Below, piece after piece: positions 29,223 through 38,797 of a stretch of DNA of 64,000 nucleotides. Below the pieces are notes generated by a model. That model was not told where the DNA came from. It did no database searches and was given only the letters and a program-made list of their open reading frames with translations. Numbering within the stretch: position 1 is the stretch's first letter; each line of letters opens with the position of its first letter. The translations under genes and the position numbers were made by a program. Source of the DNA: Chitinophaga pinensis (GTDB taxonomy: Bacteria; Bacteroidota; Bacteroidia; M30B66); NCBI GenBank assembly GCA_945883545.1, contig CAMCXT010000006.1, positions 10,051-74,050 on the forward strand, given 5' to 3'.

Positions 29223-29971
29223 GTGTTATCAAAGAATTTCTCAAGACTTATTTGAAGCCGCATCTCATCCGTTCGGGCATTTGGCTCACACGGAATATGC
29301 GTTACGATCGTCAAGCTTGGTTGATCATGAAACGCATCCTCCGAAAAGATGATTCTTGCGTGGATGTTGGTTGTCACAAAGGTGAATTAATGGACTGGAT
29401 GCTTCAACTATCCCCGGAGGGAAAGCATGCAGGTTTTGAACCTATCCCTTCGCTATTTAGCAACCTTCAGGCTAAATATGGACAACGCGTGAAGCTTTAC
29501 AACTGTGCTCTTGGAAAAGAACAAGGAGAAGCGAATTTTCAAGTGGTGAAGGATGCGCCTGCCTACAGTGGCTTGAAAAAGCGGAAGTATTTGGTCGAAA
29601 ACCCTGAGATTGAAGAGGTTCATGTGAAGGTGGAAACACTCGACCACCTTTTCGCTCAGCAGCCAGCGTTGAAGTTGCTGAAAGTGGATGTGGAAGGTGG
29701 AGAATTTGATGTGTTAAGCGGCGGAAAAGACTTGATCTTGCGCTGCAGACCGTATATTTTGTTTGAGTTCGGATTGGGCTCTGCAGAGTTCTATGGTTCT
29801 GGTCCGGAACTGATGTACGACTTACTACAAGAAGTTAAACTGAATGTGTTTTGTTTGGGAGATTTTCTTAGTAACAGCAAGCCATTGAGCAAGGATCAAT
29901 TTAAGCAGCACTTCGACCAAGGAAGCGAGTATTATTTTATTGCTGCACCAAAAGAAGCTTCAACGAATTAA
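29219..29971 (+). CDS. FkbM family SAM-dependent methyltransferase.
   Basis: VDVGCHKGELMDWM is SAM motif I. The segment NFQVVKDAPAYSGLK...LKVDVEGGEFDVLSGG is the FkbM signature. The start overlaps the stop of the T9SS gene (ATGA). Confidence 0.75.
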   Translation: MSVIKEFLKTYLKPHLIRSGIWLTRNMRYDRQAWLIMKRILRKDDSCVDVGCHKGELMDWMLQLSPEGKHAGFEPIPSLFSNLQAKYGQRVKLYNCALGKEQGEANFQVVKDAPAYSGLKKRKYLVENPEIEEVHVKVETLDHLFAQQPALKLLKVDVEGGEFDVLSGGKDLILRCRPYILFEFGLGSAEFYGSGPELMYDLLQEVKLNVFCLGDFLSNSKPLSKDQFKQHFDQGSEYYFIAAPKEASTN

Positions 29972-30289
29972 GGTAGTCGCTCGCGCTTCGAACGTTCATA
30001 ATCGGGAGCATCCAAGCCAGGATAAATTTGCGGTGTGCGAATCTTGTAAAAATGTGCTTTGTACAATTTGGCACTCATACCATCCCAATGAAAAGGCATG
30101 CTAAATCCTTCTTAAGGAAAATCGTTACAAGGAGGAACGAAATAAGCCATACCGAAAAATGGCATTTGCAGCATCGCTCACCAACATTTTCTCTTTGGGA
30201 GGCTTGATGAGTAAAGTAAACAGGGCCTGTAAAACTACAAGCCCTGATAGAAAATAACGACTGAGCAGAAAATACATCTGCTTATAAAT

Positions 30290-32944
30290 TTAAACTTGCG
30301 AAAGATTTGGAATATCGGCAGGAACGAGTTGAAACTTATCCTCTTCCTCTTTAATACGCATTACTTGATCGAGCGCATCAGGAATAACATCGCTGCAAAT
30401 TACAATGAAAGCACCTTTTGGAGCAGTTGCGATAGCGTGATCGATTGCTTCAGACTCAGTAGGAATTACTTCTACTTCTTTGCTTGGATTAACAGATTTA
30501 ACCCCTTGAAGCATTAAGTCGATAATTTCATTTTCTGATCTTCCGCGTAAGTTTCTATCTTGACGAATGATGATACGATCGAACATCTGTGCGGCAATTT
30601 TACCAAGGTTGATGATGTCTTCGTCGCGGCGATCGCCTACCCCTGCGATGATACCAATCTTTGGTGTCGCATCGATTTTTTCGAGGAATTTCGAAATCGC
30701 AATAAAGCCCGCAGTGTTGTGCGCGTAATCGACCATTACTTGGAAGTTGCGGAACTGGAACATATTCATTCGTCCAGGTGTTTGCGTTGGCGAAGGAATG
30801 AATGTTTCCAATGCAAGGCGCATGTCTTCAATCTTGAAACCTCTTATAAATCCAGCAAGAACTACCGGCAAGATATTTTGTATGTTGAATACTGCCTTGC
30901 CTGAGAACGTGAGCGGAATGTTCACCACTTTGTCGACACGGATCTTCCAAGTTCCTTTACAAATTGTTATATAACCATTCTCAACGATTGTAGCCAAACC
31001 ACCGTCGTTGCAATGGCGAATAACGCGTGGATTGTTTTCATCCAAGCTGAACAAAGCAATCTTGCATTTGAGCTGTTTGCGCATTTCAAATACAAGATCA
31101 TCATCGGCATTGAGAATAGAATAACCATCTACATGCACGCTTTCTGGCACCACTGCCTTAACCCGCGCCATTTCTTCAACGGTATTGATGCCTTTTAGTC
31201 CGAGGTGATCGGCTGCCACATTGGTTACGATAGCAATATCGCAAAAGCTGAAGGCCAATCCGGCGCGAAGGATTCCACCTCGGGCAGTTTCTAACACAGC
31301 GAAGTTTACGGTTGGATCTTTTAACACAAATTCGGCGCTCACCGGACCAGTACAATCACCAGCTTGGAGCATCCTGTTTTGAATGTAAATACCATCGGTA
31401 GTAGTAAAGCCTACTTTATGCCCCATTGTCTTCACCATGTGGGCCATCAAGCGTGTTGTGGTGGTCTTTCCGTTGGTACCTGTTACTGCAATAATTGGAA
31501 TACGCGCAGATGTCCCCGGAGGGAAAAGCATATCGATTACAGGTTCAGCAACATTTCGAGGCAATCCTTCTGTTGGAGCAATGTGCATTCTGAATCCTGG
31601 AGCGGCATTCACTTCAAGAATAGCTCCTCCATTTTCACGAATTGGGGTGAAAAGATCTGGCGCCATGATATCGATACCACAGATATCCAAACCTACCACA
31701 CGTGCAATACGTTCGGCCATGAATACATTGTAAGGATGCACCAAATCGGTGATATCGGTTGCAGTTCCGCCGGTACTTAAGTTGGCGGTTGATTTTAAAT
31801 ACAACACTTGTCCTTCAGGCAAAACATCCAACAATTCAAGCCCCTTCTCCTTGAGGATGTTTAAGGTCATTTCATCTACCTTAATTGCTGTGAGCACTTT
31901 CTCGTGACCATAACCTCGGCGAGGATCGCGGTTTACCTCATCAATGAGTTGTTGTATAGTTTGTCGACCATCGCCTTTAACAGCAGCAGGTGTGCGTTTG
32001 GCGGCAGCTACGAGTTTGTAGTTAATCACCAACAAGCGGAAGTCGAAACCGGTGATGAAGCGTTCACAAATTACACCGCGCGAAACACGTTTGGCTGCAA
32101 CAAGCGCTTCTAGGGCATCTTCCCAATTGGTGATGTTGATGGTTGCACCTCTTCCGTGGTTACCAGAAACAGGCTTGAGCACGAGTGGATAACCTACCTT
32201 TTTAACTGCATTTTCAAGATCTTCTTCATCATATACGATGTAGCCTTTAGGAACAGGAACTCCAGCGGCATCCAGAATGTTTTTGGTTTCTTCTTTGTCG
32301 CAGGCGATCTCTACAGCAATACTAGAAGTAGTTGATGCTACCGTCGCTTGAATCCTTTTCTGATTCACGCCAAAGCCTAATTGAACGAGGGAGTGACGGT
32401 TGAGACGAATCCAAGGAATATTTCGGTTTTGTGCTTCTTCAACAATTGATCCCGTTGAAGGGCCTAGGCGTTCATCTTCGCGAATTTCACGCATAGTCTG
32501 AATATCATCGTCGAGGTCGTAATCAGTTCCTGCGGCAATCGCTTCACAAATTCGCACTGCGGCTTTTGCGGCATAAATCCCGGCTTTTTCTTCCATATAA
32601 GCGAAAACGACATTGTAGATGCCTTGCTCACCAGTTCCACGGGTACGACCGAAGCCAACGTCCATCCCCGCAAGGGTTTGAATTTCGAGGGCGATGTGTT
32701 CGATCACGTGTCCCATCCAAGTACCTTCTTTCACCCGGTGGAAGAAACCGCCTGGTCGTTCTTCTGAGCAACGGTGGCTATACATGGAAGGAAACATCTT
32801 CTCAAGACGTTCTAGAAATTCGGGAATATGGTTGGTGGGTTTGTCTTCGAACTCTTCTATGTCGAGTTTCATGACAATGAGTTTATGACGGCGGATCGAC
32901 CAGTAGTTCGGACCTCTCATGGCCCGGATTTCAAGAATATTCAT
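30290..32944 (-). CDS. cphA: Cyanophycin synthetase CphA (N-terminal ATP-grasp arginine-adding domain plus C-terminal Mur-ligase-like aspartate-adding domain).
   Basis: 884 aa. The N-terminal CphA-specific region is MNILEIRAMRGPNYWSIRRHKLIVMKLDIE. The ATP-grasp block is LVLKPVSGNHGRGATINI. The Mur-ligase P-loop is IPIIAVTGTNGKTTTTRLMAHM, followed by a C-terminal Mur-ligase domain (VMVDYAHN). Confidence 0.9.
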   Translation of the reverse strand: MNILEIRAMRGPNYWSIRRHKLIVMKLDIEEFEDKPTNHIPEFLERLEKMFPSMYSHRCSEERPGGFFHRVKEGTWMGHVIEHIALEIQTLAGMDVGFGRTRGTGEQGIYNVVFAYMEEKAGIYAAKAAVRICEAIAAGTDYDLDDDIQTMREIREDERLGPSTGSIVEEAQNRNIPWIRLNRHSLVQLGFGVNQKRIQATVASTTSSIAVEIACDKEETKNILDAAGVPVPKGYIVYDEEDLENAVKKVGYPLVLKPVSGNHGRGATINITNWEDALEALVAAKRVSRGVICERFITGFDFRLLVINYKLVAAAKRTPAAVKGDGRQTIQQLIDEVNRDPRRGYGHEKVLTAIKVDEMTLNILKEKGLELLDVLPEGQVLYLKSTANLSTGGTATDITDLVHPYNVFMAERIARVVGLDICGIDIMAPDLFTPIRENGGAILEVNAAPGFRMHIAPTEGLPRNVAEPVIDMLFPPGTSARIPIIAVTGTNGKTTTTRLMAHMVKTMGHKVGFTTTDGIYIQNRMLQAGDCTGPVSAEFVLKDPTVNFAVLETARGGILRAGLAFSFCDIAIVTNVAADHLGLKGINTVEEMARVKAVVPESVHVDGYSILNADDDLVFEMRKQLKCKIALFSLDENNPRVIRHCNDGGLATIVENGYITICKGTWKIRVDKVVNIPLTFSGKAVFNIQNILPVVLAGFIRGFKIEDMRLALETFIPSPTQTPGRMNMFQFRNFQVMVDYAHNTAGFIAISKFLEKIDATPKIGIIAGVGDRRDEDIINLGKIAAQMFDRIIIRQDRNLRGRSENEIIDLMLQGVKSVNPSKEVEVIPTESEAIDHAIATAPKGAFIVICSDVIPDALDQVMRIKEEEDKFQLVPADIPNLSQV

Positions 32945-33220
32945 GCGATAGTGAGAAATGTAGATCTCCGAAAATAGGGGTTTTCTCTTTATGGAGAGGT
33001 GAAATGCAAGTAATCGAAAGAAAATAATGCATGGATTGCCTTTTGTTTTTTCGGATAAATCTGAAAATCAGAGCATTAATTGCTCTTAATAGTTAACGGC
33101 GATTGGATTGGCATTCCCCATCTTTTGCACATTTGGGTTGTTAAAACTCTGTTGAAATCGACTTCATAGAAGCGGTTGAGTGGGCGATGATTCCTATAAT
33201 TTTGCCGATCTACACTTTAA

Positions 33221-34105
33221 TTGAGAAATATGCATTCACCAAAAGGCATTCTGATTTCGATTGGGGGCAATGTTGACAAAGGAACAGCAGCCGAGCCGAA
33301 CTACAAAAACCCTAGCAATCTGGCTTTTTTCGCAGACGGAATCCTAAAAAGAATCCTATCAGAAATGAAGGGTGTTAATAGCAAAGTGGAAGTAATTACC
33401 ACTGCCTCTGAGATTCCTGAGGAAGTTGGGAACAATTACGTTGAAGCTTTCAAACGATTGGGATGTGAAAGTGTGAATGTGATTCATATTAAGAACCGCG
33501 AAGACACGCTGAACCCTGAATATTACGAGCGAATCGCTGCAGCTGATGGCGTGATGTTTACTGGTGGTAACCAAATGCGATTAACGACCATTTTCGGTGG
33601 TACTGATATTTTAAATCTTTTGCATGAGCGTTACGAAAAAGAGCATTTCGTGATCGCTGGAACATCTGCTGGCGCGATGGCAATGTCGAACACTATGATT
33701 TACGAAGGTTCGAGTGATGAATCTTTCTTGAAAGGAAAAGTGAAGATCACCACAGGATTAGCTTTCATGAAAGATGTGATCATTGATTCGCATTTCGTTC
33801 GCCGTGGAAGATTTGGTCGTTTGGCACAAGCTGTTTCGGCAAATCCGGGATGCATCGGTATCGGCTTGGGTGAAGACACTGGCGTATTGGTAAGTAATGG
33901 AAACGAATTAGAAGCGATTGGTTCTGGTTTGGTGATTATTTTTGATGGGCATTCGATTCGCCACTCGAACATTGCCGATATCAACGATGGTCAGCCTATT
34001 TCTATCGAACATTTAATTGTTCACGTGATGGCAAAAAGCAATCACTACAATGTGAAGAACAGAAAATTTTTTGCCGGTAAAGATGAACTGGCAGCCAATG
34101 CATAA
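33221..34105 (+). CDS. cphB: Cyanophycinase CphB (peptidase family S51).
   Basis: The S51 catalytic serine motif is IAGTSAGAMAMS. The overall length and the blocks GGNVDKG and MFTGGNQMRLT match cyanophycinase. It is divergent from cphA with 276 bp between them. Confidence 0.85.
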   Translation: MRNMHSPKGILISIGGNVDKGTAAEPNYKNPSNLAFFADGILKRILSEMKGVNSKVEVITTASEIPEEVGNNYVEAFKRLGCESVNVIHIKNREDTLNPEYYERIAAADGVMFTGGNQMRLTTIFGGTDILNLLHERYEKEHFVIAGTSAGAMAMSNTMIYEGSSDESFLKGKVKITTGLAFMKDVIIDSHFVRRGRFGRLAQAVSANPGCIGIGLGEDTGVLVSNGNELEAIGSGLVIIFDGHSIRHSNIADINDGQPISIEHLIVHVMAKSNHYNVKNRKFFAGKDELAANA

Positions 34106-34123
34106 ACCAATGATCGGATTGTC

Positions 34124-34131
34124 TAATTTTG
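34124..34131 (+). promoter_or_regulatory. -7 element TAATTTTG upstream of lpdA.
   Basis: Exact match 34 nt upstream of the ATG. Confidence 0.3.
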
Positions 34132-34165
34132 GCACTCCAAATAAAGAACTCTCGAGATCCTATTC

Positions 34166-35554
34166 ATGAATTACGACCTAATTGTTATCGGCACTGGCCC
34201 TGGTGGGTACGTAGCTGCAATCCGTGCATCACAACTCGGACTTAAAGTAGCTGTTGTTGAACGCGAAGAACTTGGAGGAATCTGCCTGAACTGGGGCTGT
34301 ATTCCAACCAAAGCTTTATTGAAAAGTGCAAATGTTTTCGAATACCTGAAACATGCTTCTGATTACGGCATCAAAGTAGAAGGTGCTGATGCAGATTTCG
34401 ATGCTATGGTAAAACGCAGCCGCGGTGTGGCTGATGGAATGAGCAAAGGGATTCAATTCTTGTTGAAGAAAAACAAGATCGATACCATTTTCGGAAATGC
34501 TAAAGTTACCAAAGACAAAAAAGTTGAGGTAAAAGACAAAGACGGAAAAGTATCTCATTACACAGCTAAGAGTATCATTTTGGCTACAGGCTCACGCAGC
34601 CGTGAATTGCCTAATTTGAAACAAGACGGTAAAAGAATCATCGGATACCGTGAAGCCATGACTCTTGCTACCCAGCCTAAATCGATGGTTGTTGTTGGGT
34701 CTGGTGCTATCGGTGTTGAATTCGCATATTTCTACAATACAATCGGAACGAAAGTAACCATTGTAGAATTCCTTCCGAACGTAGTACCAGTTGAAGATGA
34801 AGAAGTGAGCAAGCAACTTGAGCGTTCGTTCAAGAAAGCTGGCATCGATGTCATGACCAATTCATCAGTTGAATCGGTTGATACATCTGGCGCTCTCTTG
34901 AAAGTGAAAGTAAAAACGCCAAAAGGAGAGCAAATTCTTGAGTGCGATACAGTGCTTTCAGCAGCAGGTGTTGTAACCAATATCGAAAACATCGGATTGG
35001 AAGAATTGGGTGTGAAAGTCGATAAAGGCAGAATTCTAGTAAACGAATGGTACCAAACCAACGTGGCTGGCATTTATGCAATTGGCGACATCGTTCCTGG
35101 TCCTGCTTTGGCACACGTTGCTTCTGCAGAAGGAATCATTTGCGTTGAGAAAATTGCAGGACACCATCCTGAACCACTTAACTATGGCAACATCCCAGGT
35201 TGTACTTACAGCAATCCTGAAATTGCTTCTGTTGGGATGACCGAAAAAGCAGCTCGCGAAGCTGGTTACGAAATCAAAGTGGGCAAATTCCCATTCTCTG
35301 CATCAGGAAAGGCTTCAGCTGCTGGAGCAAAAGATGGTTTCGTAAAAGTGATTTTCGATGCCAAATATGGCGAATGGCTTGGATGCCATATGATTGGTGC
35401 TAATGTTACAGAAATGATTGCTGAAGCGGTAGTGGCTAGAAAGCTAGAAACAACCGGACACGAGATCATCAAATCGGTACATCCGCATCCAACCATGTCG
35501 GAAGCAGTGATGGAAGCAACAGCTATGGCTTACGGAGAAGTAATTCACCTATAA
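34166..35554 (+). CDS. lpdA: Dihydrolipoyl dehydrogenase (E3).
   Basis: FAD motif DLIVIGTGPGGYVAA, redox-active disulfide GGICLNWGCIPTK, NAD motif VVVGSGAIGVEFA and C-terminal HPHPTMSEA interface motif. A TAATTTTG -7 motif is at 34124..34131. Confidence 0.9.
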   Translation: MNYDLIVIGTGPGGYVAAIRASQLGLKVAVVEREELGGICLNWGCIPTKALLKSANVFEYLKHASDYGIKVEGADADFDAMVKRSRGVADGMSKGIQFLLKKNKIDTIFGNAKVTKDKKVEVKDKDGKVSHYTAKSIILATGSRSRELPNLKQDGKRIIGYREAMTLATQPKSMVVVGSGAIGVEFAYFYNTIGTKVTIVEFLPNVVPVEDEEVSKQLERSFKKAGIDVMTNSSVESVDTSGALLKVKVKTPKGEQILECDTVLSAAGVVTNIENIGLEELGVKVDKGRILVNEWYQTNVAGIYAIGDIVPGPALAHVASAEGIICVEKIAGHHPEPLNYGNIPGCTYSNPEIASVGMTEKAAREAGYEIKVGKFPFSASGKASAAGAKDGFVKVIFDAKYGEWLGCHMIGANVTEMIAEAVVARKLETTGHEIIKSVHPHPTMSEAVMEATAMAYGEVIHL

Positions 35555-35581
35555 CAATCTCTTTCCGCAAGGAAAAATATT

Positions 35582-37465
35582 ATGTGCGGAATCACTGGCA
35601 GTATCGCATTTCTTGAATCGGGAAAAGCCCGACTTGAAAAGGTACATGCTGCTACAGAACAATTAAAAAAACGTGGACCAGACGGAAACGGAATATACCG
35701 CACAGATTCCGTTTCTTTTGGTCATGCCCGTTTGTCGATCATCGACGTAAGTAACAATGGTTCGCAGCCATTTACCGACAATTCGGGACGGTTCACGATC
35801 GTATTCAACGGCGAGTTTTTCAATTTTAAAACGTACAGAAACGAACTCGAGCAATCGGGGATTCAGTTTCGTTCATCAAGCGATACAGAGGTTTTATTGA
35901 ACCTTTTTATTCGTGAAGGAATTTCCTGCTTGAGTAAAATCAATGGATTTTTTGCTTTTGCAGTGCACGACAAAGAAACAGGCGATGTTTTTATGGCTCG
36001 TGATCGTTATGGCGTGAAACCCTTCATTTATTACCAAGATTCTTCAGGCATTTCGTTCGCATCAGAAATGAAATCTTTGATGCAATATGATATTCCGAAG
36101 AAAATCGATCACAGTGCGCTGTATCAATACTTGCATCTAAACTACATTCCAGCACCTGAAACGATTTTCGAAGGTGTAAAGAAGCTCGAACCTAGTCATT
36201 ACTTGAAGATATCAGGTGGAAAAGTGGAGAAAATTTGTTGGTACGAAATGCCAACAAAAATCAAACAGCCCATTCCAGATTATGCATCAGCACAGTCGAT
36301 GTTGGTCGATAAAATGACCGCATCGGTTGAGCGTAGAATGATTTCGGATGTGCCGTTGGGAAGCTTTTTATCGGGTGGAATCGACTCGTCGGTGGTGACA
36401 GCTATTGCTTCAAGTTTTACTTCAAATCTAAATACGTTTTCAATTGGTTATCAAGACGAACCACTATTCGATGAAACCAAATATGCAAGACTTGTAGCCG
36501 ACCGTTACAAGACCAATCACACCGTATTTAGCTTGCGCAACAAAGACCTATTCGACAATTTGCATGGGATGCTGGAATACATCGACGAGCCTTTTGCAGA
36601 TTCATCGGCGTTGGCTGTAAACATCCTCTGCAGAGAAACGCGTAAAAAGGTAACCGTTGCCCTTTCGGGAGATGGTGCTGACGAATTGTTTGGTGGTTAT
36701 ATGAAGCATTACGGAGAGTGGAAACTTCGCAATGGAGGCTTCAAAGCACAAGTGGTAAGTTTGTTAGGTCCTGCCTGGGAAATCCTTCCGAAGTCGCGCA
36801 ATTCTTCCATGGGAAACATGGTGCGTAAACTTCAGAAGTTCAGTCGTGGAATGAAAGCTGGCGCTACCGACCGTTATTGGCAGTGGTGTGGTTATGCCGA
36901 CGATGATTATTTGAAAACGATGGCAGCCTTTCCGCTGAACAGCGCTGAAATTGCAGCCCGAAAGAAATACCACACCCGATTTATTGGTACCACTGGCGAC
37001 ATGAACGATATGTTGCTCAACGACATGCATTTGGTGCTTCAAGGCGACATGTTGACGAAAGTCGATTTGATGTCGATGGCAAACAGCCTTGAAGTGCGCA
37101 CGCCGTTTTTGGATTTTGAGTTGGTGGATTTTGCGGCTTCCCTCCCACCCGATTACAAAGTAAATGGCAAAGGCAGAAAGCTGATTGTACAAGATGCATT
37201 CAGAAGTATTTTACCGGAAGAGCTTTACCATAGGCCGAAACATGGCTTCGAAGTGCCATTGTTGAAATGGTTTAGGGAAGACCTGAACAGCTGGATTTTC
37301 GACGATTTGCTTTCGGATAAAGAACTTGTTGCACAGGGGTTATTTAATCCAGATGCAGTTAAGAAACTTAGGGCACAACTGATGTCGAACGATCCGGGAG
37401 ATGCAACGGCTCGGATCTGGGCATTGATTGTATTTCAGAATTGGTACCGTCGTTGGATGAAATAA
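35582..37465 (+). CDS. asnB: Asparagine synthase (glutamine-hydrolysing), class-II amidotransferase. It is likely a polysaccharide-modifying amidotransferase given its context.
   Basis: N-terminal nucleophile MCGITG. PP-loop SGGIDSS. 627 aa. It is followed directly by a GT4–wza–wzc cluster. Confidence 0.8.
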   Translation: MCGITGSIAFLESGKARLEKVHAATEQLKKRGPDGNGIYRTDSVSFGHARLSIIDVSNNGSQPFTDNSGRFTIVFNGEFFNFKTYRNELEQSGIQFRSSSDTEVLLNLFIREGISCLSKINGFFAFAVHDKETGDVFMARDRYGVKPFIYYQDSSGISFASEMKSLMQYDIPKKIDHSALYQYLHLNYIPAPETIFEGVKKLEPSHYLKISGGKVEKICWYEMPTKIKQPIPDYASAQSMLVDKMTASVERRMISDVPLGSFLSGGIDSSVVTAIASSFTSNLNTFSIGYQDEPLFDETKYARLVADRYKTNHTVFSLRNKDLFDNLHGMLEYIDEPFADSSALAVNILCRETRKKVTVALSGDGADELFGGYMKHYGEWKLRNGGFKAQVVSLLGPAWEILPKSRNSSMGNMVRKLQKFSRGMKAGATDRYWQWCGYADDDYLKTMAAFPLNSAEIAARKKYHTRFIGTTGDMNDMLLNDMHLVLQGDMLTKVDLMSMANSLEVRTPFLDFELVDFAASLPPDYKVNGKGRKLIVQDAFRSILPEELYHRPKHGFEVPLLKWFREDLNSWIFDDLLSDKELVAQGLFNPDAVKKLRAQLMSNDPGDATARIWALIVFQNWYRRWMK

Positions 37466-37495
37466 TTACTTTTGCCGAAACAGGATTAACCACTA

Positions 37496-38701
37496 ATGCC
37501 TAGAATTCTCCGCATCATCAACCGTTTCAACTTGGGTGGCCCAACCTATAACGCTGCATATTTGTCGCGTTATATGCCCGATGATTTTGAAACTATGTTA
37601 GTTGGTGGAGAAAAGGACGAATCTGAAGACAGTTCAGAGTTTATTGTCAAGAATTTGGGGTTAAATCCGATCATCATTCCTGAGATGAAACGGGAAATCG
37701 ATTTGAGAAATGATTTTGAGGCATACAGAAAGATGCAGCAAATCATCAAAGATTTCAAGCCCGACATTGTGCATACCCATGCTTCAAAAGCTGGAACAAT
37801 CGGAAGATTAGCTGCTTCGAACATGAAAGTTCCGGTGATCATTCACACCTTCCATGGACACGTATTTCATTCTTATTTTGGAAAGATGAAAACCGTGATG
37901 TACAAGAACATTGAACGCAATTTGGCGCGAAAAAGCTCTTGTATCATCGCCATTAGCGAAAAGCAAAAAGCTGAACTTTGTTTGGTTCACCGCATTTGCA
38001 AGCCTGAGAAGATCAAAGTTGTTCCATTGGGATTCGACTTATCGAGGTTTACCGAGCAAATGGACGAAAAGCGACTTACATTTAGGAGTCGTTACCAACT
38101 GGATGACGATGAAATTGCGATTGGCATCATCGGTCGATTGGTTCCAGTGAAAAACCATCGATTGTTTCTTGAAGCTGCAAAGATTGTATTGGAGAAAACA
38201 ACCAAAAAGTTGAGGTTTTTCATTATTGGTGACGGAGAAGACAGATTGAGAATTGAAGCCAACGCCAGAGAATTAGGCATTCCATTTATGGATGCGATGA
38301 CACAGACTGGAAAATCACCGCTGACCTTTACCTCTTGGATTAAAGATATAGATGTTGCCAATGCAGGGCTTGATATTGTTACCCTCACTTCGTTGAACGA
38401 AGGCACACCAGTAAGTTTGATTGAAGCCCAAGCTGCAAATAAGCCAATCGTGAGCACCAACGTGGGCGGCATTGAAAACGTTGTTATTGAAGGCATTACT
38501 GCTCTATTGTCGAATTCTAAAAGTGATGCGGAGAAATTTGCCTCCTTGATTCTTGAGCTTACGGAGAACGATGAGAAGCGAAATACGCTTGGAAGAGTTG
38601 GTTGGGAGCATGTAAAGAACAGGTTTCATTACACCCGATTGATTCGAGATATTTCAGAACTTTACTATGAAATGCTCGCCAATCCTGGCATTGCTGATTA
38701 A
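37496..38701 (+). CDS. Glycosyltransferase family 4.
   Basis: NRFNLGGPTYNAAYL at the N-terminus. C-terminal GT4 EX7E region (NEGTPVSLIEAQAANKPIVSTNVGGIENVV). 401 aa. Confidence 0.75.
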   Translation: MPRILRIINRFNLGGPTYNAAYLSRYMPDDFETMLVGGEKDESEDSSEFIVKNLGLNPIIIPEMKREIDLRNDFEAYRKMQQIIKDFKPDIVHTHASKAGTIGRLAASNMKVPVIIHTFHGHVFHSYFGKMKTVMYKNIERNLARKSSCIIAISEKQKAELCLVHRICKPEKIKVVPLGFDLSRFTEQMDEKRLTFRSRYQLDDDEIAIGIIGRLVPVKNHRLFLEAAKIVLEKTTKKLRFFIIGDGEDRLRIEANARELGIPFMDAMTQTGKSPLTFTSWIKDIDVANAGLDIVTLTSLNEGTPVSLIEAQAANKPIVSTNVGGIENVVIEGITALLSNSKSDAEKFASLILELTENDEKRNTLGRVGWEHVKNRFHYTRLIRDISELYYEMLANPGIAD

Positions 38702-38797
38702 TTTCAATCTTCAAACTGTACAAACAAAAAATCTTGGTTTTAATCAACGATGGTTTGTCAGTATGTCGTTATAAACATAGACTTTGAGCATTAAATT

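Noticed and set aside
31364-31780. 138-aa and other plus-strand ORFs (31013..32113 region, 32566..32888) antisense to cphA.
   Set aside because: They lie entirely inside the well-supported 884-aa cphA reading frame on the opposite strand. They have no motif, and sizes like these are expected by chance in antisense frames.
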